Shown piece after piece: positions 41,060 through 55,552 of a DNA stretch of 64,000 nt (the first letter of the stretch is position 1; each line of letters opens with the position of its first letter). The DNA is from the human T2T-CHM13v2.0 reference genome, Homo sapiens: NCBI RefSeq assembly GCF_009914755.1, contig NC_060928.1; one strand, 5' to 3'. A program made the position numbers and the translations under genes. The notes under the pieces were generated by a model, which did no database searches, had not been told where the DNA came from, and saw only the letters and a list, made by a program, of their open reading frames with translations.

Positions 41060-43199
41060 TCAAATAGAATCTTTTGGTTCCTTCTCCTCCACCCAGCTAT
41101 CACATAAAATAAACTCACACCCCCAACTTCAGGGCCACAGGTAGGTAGCGTGGTAAAAGTTTAGGGCATTGGAGAGAAAGATTAAGTGTTAGCTTCCTTC
41201 ACCATCCCCTGGCCAGTTCCCAGTCCCCAAAGTGGTAGAAGTTGATTTCTCAAAGAACAGAGGGCAAAGAATGCCTCATGATTTTTGGAGCGCTGAGAGC
41301 TGTCTTAAGGTCTTCAATAAATGACAAAGGCAGTTGGGAGACTTGAGTTCCTGTTTCTGGGGCCAAGAGTTTAAGCCAACAGACTTGACTTGGAGCAGCG
41401 GTTGCTCTTCCTAACTCCCTTTCCCCCGCTTTGCTGGGCCTGTATCCTCCCTCTTTCCCAACGCCTCTCCCGCTAACCTGAGAGGGAGAGTAGGGAGAGT
41501 TTTGGTGGCTGCACTGGAGGGATTTGCTACAGTTCTTGCTCCATTGGAGTGTCTTTGGCAGGTGGCCCCTCATCGTGGGCACAGCCTCACAACCCTTCTG
41601 GAAGGACATCTGCTGCTGAATATCACCATTGCCTGGGCATATGGCCTCAGGCCTCCCTCCTAAACATGGTGGAAGCATACAAGACCTCGTGGAATCATTA
41701 AAACTTTTAGAGCAGGGGAATGACAGAAAGAAGGAGAAATGTTTCAAGGAAGTTAATTTCATCCAAGATATAACATGGATTCGAGAAGGGAGGTGTTTCA
41801 GAAGCTGTCACCATCAAGGGTAGACACTAATGAAGCATCAGAGCGCCGACAGTAATGGATAGAGGGCTGGATAATGAAGGGGGAAATCAACAGGGCTCAG
41901 TAATGAGTTGGCTGCGGGGGACAAAAGAAAGAAAAGAGTCAGAGATTCTGATGAGGTTTTGAGGCTCATTATGATTACGAAATGTAAGGAATCCAGATTT
42001 TGCTGGATGTAGTGTGTGGTGATAATGGGCTCTGATACAGATTTCAAATGGTGGTGTTGCTTATAATGCTGACTGAAGCGGTGTTATCTTTAGGCTCATG
42101 TAAGAGTTGAAATGTTTTTGGAATGTGTAATACCTTTATTTTAAGAGTGTGTGGTACAACCAGTTGAAAACCTGTGAAAACGTTTACTCCAAACTAATTC
42201 ATAATAGGTTGTTTTTTTGGTGGGGAGAGGGGAAGAGTGAATAATTCAAAATGAGTTTATTTTGAAAATACCCTTGCAATAAATATGTGATCACTTTTGA
42301 GCTTCTTTGCAGAATTTTATTAGACACTGTATACACCCCTGCGTCTTCCAGACACTATTTTTCAACTCAGGTTGTCTCAGTCGTTGCCTCCCACTGTCTG
42401 TTCTGCTCAGTGCCTCAACGTAGTCAGCACATCGTGGTCTTTTCATTCACACATTTCCTTTCCTGACCATTATTTATCTAAGGGACACCTTGTATGGCTC
42501 TTGCAGATTCCTGATAGCCTTTTCCTGTGATGCTTGTACAGAATTCAAGCATTAAATTCATTTTCATGAAAAACAATGAAATGCAAATTTAAAAAAACCC
42601 AAAAGAAACAAATCTCTGTGTTCAATGAAGATTACAGCTTTACTCTTTCTATATACAAATGTATATGTTTGCCTATAGAGATTGCATTTGGAGATTTCTC
42701 TAAAAAGTAACTTCACATAAGATATTCATGACAACTGAGTCTGCATTGTTCTCCATTTCCCAGCAAGCTTTGTGACTTTTCGGTTGCAGCAGCTGTGGAT
42801 CAGCTGACACATGGTCCCAGAAGATTTGCAGTCTTCTTTATGCTCATTAGCTTTTCTGAATTTAAAATAACCCCATCTTACAGTAAAATACGGTTTGAGA
42901 ATAACTGTCTAATACTCACTGGATAATTTAATTCCTCCTTCGGCATCTGACTTTGAAAGCCCACATTGACCGTGGCTTAAAACAAAACAAATGGAAACTC
43001 TTCCACCCCGTGTCTATCACACCCTTTTCCAATCCATATAAATTTCACAACTGCTGCTTTGTGACTATTGCTCTCCTAACTAAAATAGTTGACGTAAGCT
43101 AAATGCTTCTTTACATTTAATTATTAAATAATAGAATCTGCGAACCTCAGCTATTTGCATGACCACTTCTAGAAACCTGGGTCTTTGCTTGACTTAGAG

Positions 43200-43570
43200 C
43201 TTCTCTCTGTCTTCAGGCCCACCTCTCCCATGTGCCTCTGACACGCCCCTCTCCCAGCACACTGGCCTCAGGGCCTTGGAGCCTGGCTCTTGATTCACCA
43301 CTAACGTATTTCCTCAGGGCCCCCCAGGTGCAGTGGAGCGTTGCTATGACTGATTTACACCCAGCCTTTCTCCTCATGGGTGCTCCCCTGGGCCCCCCCA
43401 AATCACCGCGCCACATCTGGCGACCTAACTCATTGTCAAGCTTCACTTTCGCTCATTGTGCCCTTGGCACATCGTTTTCCAGTAGACAACTCCATGAACA
43501 GTTTTATTTATTTGCGTATTTATCTATTTGCAAATTATTCTTCTCACATTTGACTGCTATCTTCCCCTTG
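43200..43570 (+). mobile_element. L2-like fragment (tentative)
   Basis: CACACTGGCCTCAGGGCCTTG and a pyrimidine-rich body typical of the L2 3' region. Confidence 0.4.
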
Positions 43571-46190
43571 TGGAAATTTTTATCTTGGAAGTTTGGGGAG
43601 CATCAGTGGAGTACATGTGGATGCTCCCAACTCACATCTGATGAGGAAGCTGCCTTCGTACACGCAGGCAAAGTGCATTCGACAGAATATGAAAAAATTA
43701 AGCCAGCGGACAATTAATATAGTGAGAAGTGCTTTACATCCGGAACATGGACTGCCTCTCACCAAGCATTGGGTACTTCATTCTTCTCTGAAGCTGGCCA
43801 AAAGACGTGAAAGCAACTCACTAATTTACACGATCCACCGAAAGAAGAAATCTGTAAAATTAAAAAAAAAAAAGAAAGAAATCAGCTAAACTAACAGATA
43901 TAATAGGATGATTGCTTGAGTTGTTCACATTTAAAATGTCTGTGTAAGTGTTAAAAATGTTGCCTCGGAAAACAGAATAGAATTTCCCTGTGACCTGAAG
44001 TGATGGGATAATTACCTCCCTCCTCAGAGCAGGTTTCCTGGCTCCTCATGCCCAGGCTATTGAGGACCAGCCCTGCTCTATTGTCAGATTTGTTTTCCTG
44101 TTTTGGGGATGATTGCTTTCCCCACAGAGCCTCAGGATTGCTCCAGCTCTTAAAATGGCAAGTGCCATTGCCACCTGGATTCCCTCTCACTTAGAAGCAT
44201 CTCAAGGAGTCTGTTATGGGCCAGGGGGCTGCTGATGGATTCACGAGAATGTCTCCCTCTCTGAGCCTTGGATTCCTGACACTGGAGAGGGATTCCTTGA
44301 TGAATGCCTTCGCCCTACCCGCTTACCTAACCCCTATGATTTGTTGAGAATCTGCTAGCTTTCTTTATGGAGATGTCAATTCCTCATGCGTGTCATAGAC
44401 GTGGAGTCATTCATTCAATAAATATTTACTGAGAACCTTTCGTGTTTTGTGCTTGCTTCATGTCAGTTACTTGTGCTAAAAAATAAGGTGGTTTCTATTC
44501 TTTTCTTCCTCCCCTGGAAGTCATTCCAGAGTTTTTGTCCCTTCCCAATAACTCAATTTCAGATTATTTGCTCAAGGAGTAAAAAATTAGCAGAAGTTAC
44601 TGAGTATTCATCTGGGGGACTTCATTCTAGCCAGAGAATTTGGCATATCAGCCTAAATTCTCTAGACTTCAAAATTCCCATTCTTTCTTTCTCTCTCTTT
44701 TTAATTTGTAAAATTCCTATCTACTATTATTATCTCTAAGTCCCTGCATGTTTGCTAATGTCACGCACTCAACATAAGCATGAGATGCTCGGAAATTTGT
44801 TTGCTAAATCATCTGGCAAATGGTCTTGTTGATGTCTGCTGAGCTGCTCAGAGCCTACAGTTGTTAAGTACTTATTACAGGAACCCAGCAGGGCAAATTA
44901 AGAAAGCTACATGTATGCTTGTTATTTTAGGACTATTATGCTATGCTTCTGAGGGGGCTGCATATTGGACTTTCTGACCTGAAAGGACTTGCTGTTCTTT
45001 AGTCAGAGGTTGCTGCGTGGAATCTGAATCTTTGACCCGGCAACAATAAAAGTGATTATCTTCAAGGGGGAGAATGTCCTCTAGTTGCTTTTCATAGTTC
45101 AGCCTGCTGGAAAATGTAAAACACTTATTTAGGCAGCTCTAGGTTCACTTGGTATGTCATATTTTATAACTAAGCTGGGAGCTTTTTCTACTTACACATT
45201 AAGTTATTTACTTCATTTTTAAATGTAAGTGCTTTATCTAAACAGGACTCCAAAGCTTAAGCTCTTAGCACAGGGTGAGCATGCTTCCCAGCCCATGCAA
45301 AAAGATATGTGGCGGGGCAGAGCTGTTATTAAAATTATAGCTGATGCTCCCCCTGCTTTTTTGGGGAGTGCATATTACAAATTGAAGCTGCCAGCTAAGT
45401 AACTTACACATCACTTAGGGTGGATTTTAAAATAACTATACAGCTCCTTTAGTCTTTCTAAGAACTACTTATAAAGCAAATTTTGGGTGTCTGAAAATTT
45501 CTTAATATGTAAAAGCTTGGGAAAAATATGATCAAAAGTATTTTAAGTGCATTAACTTTAGAACTCCTAAAAATGCCGATTTTCTGGAAAACAGGAATTT
45601 ATTATTGTCATCACTTTAGACTTTCATCTTTTGTAATGTATTGTGTTCTACCAAAGCTCTGCCTTTGGTACCTTCTTTTGGCATCACAGCTGTGCTTAAA
45701 ATACCTTTCCAGCAGTTTAAGTTATCTCAAATGGTCATCTGGTTAAAAATGCTGCTGCTGCTGTTGCTGTAATTTACAAGAGAATGTCCTTGAAGTCGTG
45801 TGTTTCCTCAGAAGTTTTGTCAGTTTCATAAGCCTTAAAAATGTAAGTGTTGCAAAAGAGAGTTGGCCTTTCCCTTTCTGTTGTAGATATTTTTTAATAA
45901 TGCAAGCTGCTTAAGCACAGAGTTAATGTCCAACATGCCTTTTTCTAGCAGGAGACTTTGTACTTTATAAATGCTTTATGATGTTAAGTATTTGTGAGAA
46001 GTAAAAGAACTTGACTTTTCAAAATAATAAAAAGCACTGGGTAATCACCCCATTAAGAAGTCAGATGCCAGATCTGAATGTACCTTAACACGTCAGTTTC
46101 TATGAATATGCTCATGATTCACTTTCTGGGAATCTGCCTGTGTTTCTCTCATCTCAAGAGCAACAATTACTTCTCATGAAGACTCTAGGG

Positions 46191-46520
46191 CAGGAGTCAG
46201 CAAACAATTTCCGTAAAGGGACAGATAGTATTTTAGGCTTTGCAGGCCAGGAGTACAAATTAAGAATAGTGTGAAAGTATTCCACACATTTCCACACATT
46301 TTACTGACAAAATTTTAATATAGTAGTAATGATAGGGTATACTTTTTAAATGTAATACAGGTCTACTAATGAGAAGAATGGATTGTTGTGGGGGAGAGTT
46401 GACATTTTGCCTAATTAGAGTTCAAAGGTAGCATTTCTTATCAAAAACCATTCTGAGCTCAAGGGCCATATAAAAGTAGGCAGCAGGCTGGATTTGGCCC
46501 ACAGGACCATAGTATGTCCT
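46191..46520 (-). mobile_element. MER58-family hAT-Charlie MITE (MER58D-like)
   Basis: CAGGAGTCAGCAAAC..GTAAAGGGACAGATAGTATTTTAGGCTTTGCAGGCCA..AAAAACCATTCTGAGCTC..GGATTTGGCCCACAGGACCATAGT; preceded by CTCTAGGG. Confidence 0.85.
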
Positions 46521-46771
46521 AGAAGGGGGCTTTGCTCAAAGTGTGTTCTTGGGAGCAGCTGATTTCATGTCACTGCGGTGGCCTCTTAGACCTGCAGAGC
46601 CCAGACTCCACCAGAGGTTCTCAGGCTCATCTGATCAAACCTGTGCTTGCCTCTGTTGCAACGTTGGTTTAGTGGTCAAAGTATATTTCCTATCTTTTGG
46701 AAATCCAGCTGTCACTTTCCATGACGTCCTTCAATTCAGCCTTCACATTCACATGGGCTCAGCTGTCCCTC

Positions 46772-47076
46772 TTTTTTTTTGTTTTTTTTTTTTTGAGATG
46801 GAGTTTCGCCCTTGTCGCCCAGGCTGGAGTGCGGTGGCACAGTCTCAGCTCACTGCAACCTCCGCCTCTGCGTTCAAGCCATTCTCCTGCCTCAGCCTCC
46901 CAGGTAGCTGGGATTACAGGTGCGCGGCACCATGCCCGGCCAATTTTTGTATTTTTAGTAGCAACGGGGTTTCACCACGTTGGTCAGGCTGGTCTCGAAC
47001 TCCTGACCTCAAGTGATCTACCCTCCTTGGCCTCCCAAAGTGCTGGGATTACAGGCGTGAGCCACCGCATCCAGCC
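46772..47076 (-). mobile_element. Alu (AluS)
   Basis: Full dimer; target-site duplication CAGCTGTCCCTCTTT at 46760 and 47077. Confidence 0.98.
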
Positions 47077-47989
47077 CAGCTGTCCCTCTTTAAAAAAAAA
47101 AAAAAATCGTTGTTTTGACACTGCCATGCTCTACCTCCCATCCCATCCCCCACACTCAAGGCAGGTGCTTCCCAGGCACCTTGTGTGCGTGTGGCCCCAC
47201 TGTGCATGCTCATGCAGTAGAGCTCCCGTCCCCACCACTAGATCAAAGCTACACTCAAAGGCTGCCAAGACTCCTGCTGGCAGACCCAGTCTTTGCTGTC
47301 CTAAACCTCTGCTTCTCCTTTGACACTGCTAGGAGCCCCCTTCGCACCAGAATAGCTCCTCTTTGCCGATATATCTTAAGGTCTTAAGGTATAGCCGAGT
47401 AAAGTTCTTGAAGAAACATTACCTGGTGGCCTGGGAGAATTCTTCAGGCACAGTTAGTAATTGTGTAAATGCGTCTGTTACCATTTGATGGGGGTATTAA
47501 CTGGGCTTGGGAGTACAGTAGCTGAATAGGACCTTGCCTGGGGTAGGAGTCTGGGGCTTTGAGAGGTAGATGGAATCTGAAGGTGCACGAACATAGCAGC
47601 CCGTGGGGGTACTGATGGGTATTCAATTCTCAAGAGAATGAGATCCAAGACTGGCTCTCTCTCTCAGTTGATGAGACCTAGGTGAGTGAAGTCATCTGCA
47701 GGGGGAGGTGGGGTAGAATTAACTCATTCATGTCTCAGTCCACTCCTCTACACCCAGGCTGTGTCATAGAGTGTGAGGTGTCTCCGCAGCTGTGGTCCCC
47801 ACAGCATCCACAACCTCCAGCCCTCCCCAGCCTCCCTGTGCCGCATCCTCCGCCATGAATCCTGTTTCATCTAGGTTTCTCTTTCCCTCTCCCTCCTGCC
47901 AAATGATGAGTGCTGGCAACACTACATGCCACACCCTGCTTTTCTCTCTAGATCCCCTGCTCTCACACCCTCGGGCGGATGGACGGTCA

Positions 47990-48760
47990 CACCGACACCA
48001 TCAGCTCTGACCTCTCCCCTTCAGAGAGGTCTCCTTTACACTGGTCTCACATGCTACAGATTTCACTTCACTTGGATTGCAAGCATTTTCCTTGAATTCA
48101 GCACCTCAACATTGAAAACCAAAGTTTGTTCAAAATAGGCTTCTTTTCCCCCCAACCCATTTTACTCAGTGGCCTTCCTGTTACTCTCTCCTCTCAAAGC
48201 CTGGAAGCCTTTACTTATTATGCTTCTCTCACTTTCTGTCCAGTATCTCAGTCCTTCAAATATTTTGTTTGATTATTTTAATCAAATTATTTTTATTATT
48301 TTGTATTTATTATATTTTGTATTATTATAATCATGTCTCTTGGGGTTCATCTGATTTCTAAGACGTCAGGAATTTGGGCCTGATTTTTTAGAACTGTCTC
48401 GCTGCCTCCCTTTTCCCCCTCTCTAGTTTTTTTTTTTTTTTGTATCATTGTCATATTAATCTTCTCAAAACTCCATGTTCATCAAGCTGCAGCACCTACT
48501 GAGGCTTCCGATGCCCTGACTGGCAGTAGGGCCTAAATCACTTCTTTTCTGCTGATCTCCAAACTGCACTCTATTTTGCCAAGCAGGTCTTCCCCACTCT
48601 TCCTGCTCCCAACTCCGCACCTAAGCCCCAGGCTCTTCTCTCAGTCTAGGTACCCTCTCTCCGTAGACCGGTGTGTATCACAGAAGATGACCCTACAAGG
48701 AAGGTCACTTGTTTAGCTCTGCATGACCATAGGAGCACCATCACCTGCTGTGTGTCCTTC
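47990..48760 (+). mobile_element. L2 LINE fragments
   Basis: CAGCTCTGACCTCTCCCCT..TTCACTTGGAT..GCACCTCAAC and downstream pyrimidine-rich L2 motifs; approximate. Confidence 0.5.
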
Positions 48761-49627
48761 CAGCCCCTTCCTATAGGTGGTCTTCCCTCCTAAGGGAGTG
48801 ATGTGTGGACTGGACAAACCGAGGCCAACAGGGGCCCTACCCTTGTCGCTGTCCCTCATCATCTCTCCTGAATTTTAAGCCCGTCCCCAGAGGAGATGTC
48901 ACCAAAACGGGGGACAAGGCACAGCAGCATTACTCCCCTTAAGGTTAGCTTCTCTTCCTGGAAAGAGGAAAGAACCAGGATTGTTTTTAAGAGTAAAGGT
49001 AGTATTCATAAAGCTCATTCAACCCACGAGAGACGTGGCTCTTTCTTGTTCACGAGAAGGATAAATGCATTACACGCATTGTTTTTTATACTTTTGTCTT
49101 TTCTTTTTCTAGTAGAAATCAAAGATGGTGTTTTTTGGGGAACACTAATAAATTAGATTCAGATGAGTTTCTATGATTAATTATGCCATAATTCAATATT
49201 AACCACTATAGTATGTCTTCTATTTATGCGGTGGCTCGCTTTTCTATTTGAAAATTGCTTAATTATGTACAGAAATGTGTCTAAAACATAGGCTATAGTC
49301 TGAGACTGAATTTGAAAAGAAATTTGATGTGTATGTGAAAATACACTCCCAATGTTAACCACGTAAGACTTCGTAGGCTGTTCAGAAATCAAATCTATCA
49401 CCACCTATAAAAAATCATTATCAATTCAGCTTATTTTTCAAAAGCGCTAGAATCCTTACATCAAGAAAGCAGACTAAAACTGATCGTTATGCTGAAAACA
49501 TGGAACTTTATCATGATGAGGCAGAAGCAATATATACTATGGAACTGCTTTCTGATTTACCAAATATTTATTTTATATTAAATACATTTGATTGTTTTTG
49601 TCTTTAATTATTTGAAAATTGATCTTT

Positions 49628-49810
49628 TACTTACCGTGTGACTTTGTACAGATTCCTTAATCCTTGCAGGGCCTCAATTTATTCTTCTGTAAATAGGAGG
49701 TAGAACACTTAACCGAAAGGTTTTTCACTAGGAATAGTGAGTTTTTACATGGAAAGTACGTAGCCCAGAGCCTGGCACGTGTGACATACAGCAAATGGTA
49801 GCTCTACTCT
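49628..49810 (+). mobile_element. MIR
   Basis: GTGTGACTTTGTACAGATTCCTTAATCC..GCCTCAATTTATTCTTCTGTAAA..CCAGAGCCTGGCACGT. Confidence 0.8.
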
Positions 49811-51554
49811 AATATATATATCTATTAAACCAAGTAAAATGTACAATTAGCAAAAGCCTATCCATATTTTTTAACTAGTCTGAATACATGGAATTTTAAA
49901 AAAATTCTCGCCATGGTTTATGAAGAGAAGAGTAAATGCATAGGGATTCCATTATCTCTTTCCTATAATTTATAAAAGGTCTGTACATTTTTCAAGTGAA
50001 ACCAAGACTGATACTGAGCTGTGCCCGGCTCCCTGGGAGCTTGCTGTGATGTGCTCCTTTGCAGTTAAAGTCCAGCCTTGACCGCCACATGGCTCCCACG
50101 CTGTTTCCAGAGATAGAAATCAGATACCCATAGCATCAGGCAGAGAGTGGAACAAACAACTTGAAGGAGAGTGCCGCAGCTGCAAATATTGCACCAACAG
50201 GCAAGAACGCGCCTGGAGTCTCTGCAGGCGCCCGTTGGCCACCTCTGCTGAAGTCTCTCTTGTACTCAGGGCTCTGACTAATAATAAAAGGTCAGTGATT
50301 GGAGGCTGTCTTTATCTCAGCTACTTAAAAAAAAAAAAAATTTATGTCAAGTGAGCACTTTACATGTTGTTCACCCACTTAGCCAGTGCTTCCTTTGAAG
50401 CTGAAATAGATTGCTTACATAAAATGCTCAGAGCTGCCTCCACAAAGTCTTCTCATGCTGCTTGCCTCCCTTAAAGCTGCGGCTTCCTAATCCTTTGATC
50501 CCGATACCGCTGAACTCTTTGAGAGTGAAACAGAAAGGACAGAGTTGAGATTTTAGTGTGACAAGTGGAAGAAAATCAATTTTGACTTCCCAAAGATAGA
50601 ACGAGTGGTGCAAAAGATCACTGGTCCCAAATGGATGTTCTCTGTCATTGTCTTGGGTGACTAAAAATGCCCAAGAGGTACAACGCAAGGCAGACAATAG
50701 GAGGCAATTTCTTTTTTCTTTACTCAGAAAATAAACTAAGTCTGATGTTGGGACCACATTATGAACATCTATGCCCTGACCATTCCACCGTCCCTTGTAT
50801 TTTTGCTTGATGTTCCAGATTTTAAGCACTCTAGCATTCCACTGGAGGATTTACACATTGATTAGCAGTTAAAAGCATTTGTCTGTAAGTTTAGTTGGAT
50901 GACTGTTTCTTACTTCAGGAAAACCAGATCTTCCCAGTAACTGGCAGTCCTATTATAAGTGGATATTCTGTTAAGCTTCTAAAGAACTTCTTGTAACTTA
51001 TCAAGTAATGAATAAGGCAGAATGCATTTAGTCTTGTAGTTGCACCATATTTCAAATATCATGTAACCTATGAGTCAGTTCAAATGTTATATGTAAGTGA
51101 AAAAACAGGGGATAAAAAGCAACATTGAAAAGAAATTATGTGAATTACCATGCCACCCACTAATACGTTGCATAGTGATTTAGCCATCCTTTTTCATAAT
51201 TACACTGTTCAAGATTTGGTTACAAGTATTTTTAGCCTCAGAATAAAACCATCATACCCCAAAAGGTGTAAAGAAATTAAGATAGCCTTTCCATAATTCA
51301 TAACAAATGTGGTTGTTTCAAATGTGCTTAATTATTATCTCGATTCAATTCAATGCAATGGTGATTCATTGCCTTTTGAGAGCTGCTTGTGAATGTCTCA
51401 TTAGGAAGAGCTACTAAATGATACAGTACGATCCATATGAAGACATATTTAATGTCATCTCAGTCATGGAAACACTGCTTCTTAGCTCTATTTGCATGCC
51501 AGAAATTCTGAGCGACAAACAAACCCCACTACGATAATAGAATTTAAAAATTAG

Positions 51555-51908
<354 letters not shown>

Positions 51909-52310
51909 AGAAATGCAGCTTTTCTTAAATGAGAGAAAGAAGTATGTGCAGTTTAGGTAAGTAGGGTTTAAATCTACATGAAAATTTGGATGTATCAGGG
52001 AAGCATAATACATCACTTGTTAGAAAAAGCATCATCCTAGTTTTCACTACCCCTTATGTTTCTTAAATATGTAGCTTACCTTGTGATCTTCAAGAAAGCG
52101 AAATAAATTTAACTGTAACATAACTGACTGATTTTGTTGGACCTGACTTCTGATCTATAGTTCAGTGATATCCTTGGAAATCTTGAAAAGTTGAATGGAC
52201 ATCAGAGCTTAAGACATAAAGACTTATTATTTTCCATTCTTGATCAGAAATATTTACTACTATGTTTGTGGATTTTCATAATTAATCTTTACCTTTAGGA
52301 GCTTACATTC

Positions 52311-52322
52311 TATTTATTGTAT

Positions 52323-52359
<37 letters not shown>

Positions 52360-52475
52360 GGGACGGGGGTCTTGCTGTGTTGCCCAGACTGGTCTTCACC
52401 TCCTGGGCTCAAGTGATCCTCCTCCCTCAGCCTCCCCAAGTGCTGGGATTATAGATGTGAGCCCCTGCACCAGAC
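52311..52475 (-). mobile_element. FLAM_C-like monomer with (TTTA)n tail
   Basis: (TTTA)n followed by GGGTCTTGCTGTGTTGCCCAGACTGGTC..GGGCTCAAGTGATCCTCC. Confidence 0.92.
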
Positions 52476-54605
52476 AATTATATTTATTTTTAAAAACGCC
52501 CCTCATGAAGTCTGGGTAATTCTCTCCAGATTTCTCCTTATCAACAAATTTATAAGAGTTAGGAAAAAAATGATGTAAATAAAGCACTTAAATTGCGACA
52601 GTGGTTCTATTCTTAACATCATAATGCTTATGACTAAGGAGCATTCTTTTTTTTATAAATTAAATGTATTCTGTAGTGTTAGAGTAGATGAGGGTCAGAG
52701 ACATTATCAGTATGTAAGAATGCATTGTGGATTTTCCTAATTTATCACCTACAGTAATTTTCTATTCTAACACCCTTTAACAAAATCGTGGCACACAAAT
52801 GAAATTCCAGTTAGAGATAAGAAAGGTGTCTGCAAGACCCTAGTCATTTCTCGTGATTACAGGCGTGAAACTCAACAGTAAAAGAACACATCAGAAACTT
52901 TTGAAGAAATGGTTCTGAGCTAGAGTGCAAATGAAGTGCTGAGAAGCCAGCACTGTCACTGGGGCAGCAGGGTTGTAAATGGTATTTTCAAGAGCTTTAA
53001 TAGTGGGCAAGGACAAGCAGTTAGTCTGGTTGACTCCTTAGAACAAATGTCATTAAAGGAAAAGTGTTGTGCAAGTGACTGATTCAATCTTTATTAATGA
53101 AAAAAAGAAAAGATGACGCCTCCAGAATGAGGCAGTTAGAGCTGAATTGTGGCGAGCTCTATCTTCACTGACTAAATTACCACTTCACTCGATGAGTTTT
53201 TTAAAAAACATGCAGTAGAGGTCAGATGGAGGTGTTTTGTTGAGCTCATCATGTGGTGGTGTTTTGCTTTAAAAAGGGTACTGTTTTCAACTACATAATT
53301 AAAAAAACAAATCTGCCCAGCTTCCCACAGCCAATCAAAATGTACTGAAAAAATCCTCTTACGTTCATTTCATTACGGAAACAGTTATGGAGTGGCAAAT
53401 TGGAATCAATTATCTGTAGACGGTGGGATAGCAGTTGGGGTCACAGAAATCTATGGATTCTATAAGGCCTAAGGTACAAATGTGGCAACAGGCTTTTCCT
53501 TAAATTCCTGGGGATATTGTTGTTCACACACGGGTCTTTTTACTCACACCTGGCACATGTCAACAGAATAACCTTTGACTGCACAGGACATTATTTCATT
53601 TCTTTTCTCTTCTAACTTGCAATCAGGTTTCAAGTTCCACTGATGTCTCGATACCTTTCTAGGGTTAGGGCTGAACTGTTTTCAGGACTCCCCTATGAAA
53701 ACTCGCCTTTGGAAGTGATAAAACATTACAACATGAAAACCTAATTTTGAATGAAGGGAGAAGAGCCAGAGCTGGAGAAAACGACACTACCCCCTCTCCC
53801 AGCAAGTGGTCTCAAAGTTTATGGAGAATTTCTTATTCTCTGCTGAAAATCCTGTCTTTAAAATATTTGTTTCGTGGTTGATTTCTCCAAAGGCCAGTGA
53901 ATAATCCACACGTAATCATTAGACACCAGTGGCACTCCAACTGTCTGTCTTTGTATTTACCAGCCAGAAATGATTGCCAGCACACAGGCCTCAGAATGTG
54001 TGGTTTCCAGCTAGGTCAAACTATATCCACAAAAGAGATGGAAATATTCCTGACGCCACATCTCCTGGTGGTTTTCTTATGGATTCAAATTACTGCACAT
54101 GTGTGAAAGATACCTAGGTGTGACCAGATGAATGCACAGTTGGCTTCAAGGTAATGTAGCCTAATTTCGGCTCGTTCAGTTTCCACATGGTCTTGCCTAC
54201 CTGCCTTGCAGTTCCACTGCACTAGATCAACAAATTCCTGGTATGATGTGCCATCCTTTGGTACCTGTGGCCACTCCTGAAAAGCAGAAATCATCCTGAT
54301 ATCAGTTATAATCTGGTGCAATATCATTTACCTGTCAGTTTCGTTACTCCATCTTCATCACCAAGCCTACCTGAATAGGAAAAATAAAGGTGATGTACGT
54401 GTGAGGATACAGGCTTCATAGTCTTTGGAAGCAAGCAATATACATCAATAGGAATGTTGTTGTATTTTAGACATTATTTATGAGAAGTTTACAGAGAGTA
54501 CACCATAACTTCCTTATTCACAGTTGAATTCCTAGATTCTAGCATTGTGGTGTTCAATAAATGTTGAACTGAGTGATGATTTCTCATTCACTTGATAGCA
54601 TTTGA

Positions 54606-55127
<522 letters not shown>

Positions 55128-55303
55128 TAAATTTCACCATCGTTTCTATTCATAACTTACCTGCAAAGTGATTATCTGACTAGTACTACTGCAACAAAGA
55201 TAATAAAGTGCCTGATGTTTATATCAAATAGGATATGGCATGTTTCTGAGTGTTTCTAAAGAAAAATACTGAATGAACCCCTCGCCTAACCTAGTGCCTG
55301 TGG

Positions 55304-55552
55304 TAACAATAACTGACATGCATTGAGCGCTTACTGTGTGCCAGGTGCTTGTTCGAGGTACTTTACCGGTATTAACTCTTTAATTCGCATAACCCTTCTG
55401 TGAGATGGGTAACATTATACCCATTTTACAGATGAGGAATCTGAGGCCTGGAGATATCAAATCATGTGCCCAAGGCCACAAAGCCAACATGTGGTAGAAC
55501 TGAGACTCGAATCTAGGCAGTTTGTTCCAATTTTTGTGCTTTGAACCTGTGC
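55304..55552 (-). mobile_element. MIR (MIRb-like), near full length
   Basis: ATTGAGCGCTTACTGTGTGCCAGG..CCCATTTTACAGATGAGGAATCTGAGGC..GCCCAAGGCCACA..CTAGGCAGTTTG. Confidence 0.92.

Noticed and set aside
41250-41762. 170-aa minus-strand ORF
   Set aside because: No recognisable domain, composition typical of random GC-richer DNA, and no supporting splice or promoter context.
43405-43425. CTCF-like motifs here and near 12438, 44218 and 59046
   Set aside because: Each needs an indel or about four mismatches against the core consensus.
43593-43630. Hairpin GGGAGCATC...GATGCTCCC as a pre-miRNA
   Set aside because: Only a 9-bp perfect stem over about 38 nt, too short for a Drosha substrate; no known miRNA recognised.
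46543-47323. Longest ORFs (157 and 208 aa), and other ORFs with [11 protein letters not shown] / [13 protein letters not shown]-type peptides
   Set aside because: These are translations of Alu consensus sequence, a classic artefact.
50428-50829. 133-aa minus-strand ORF
   Set aside because: Non-ATG start and no resemblance to any protein family I know.
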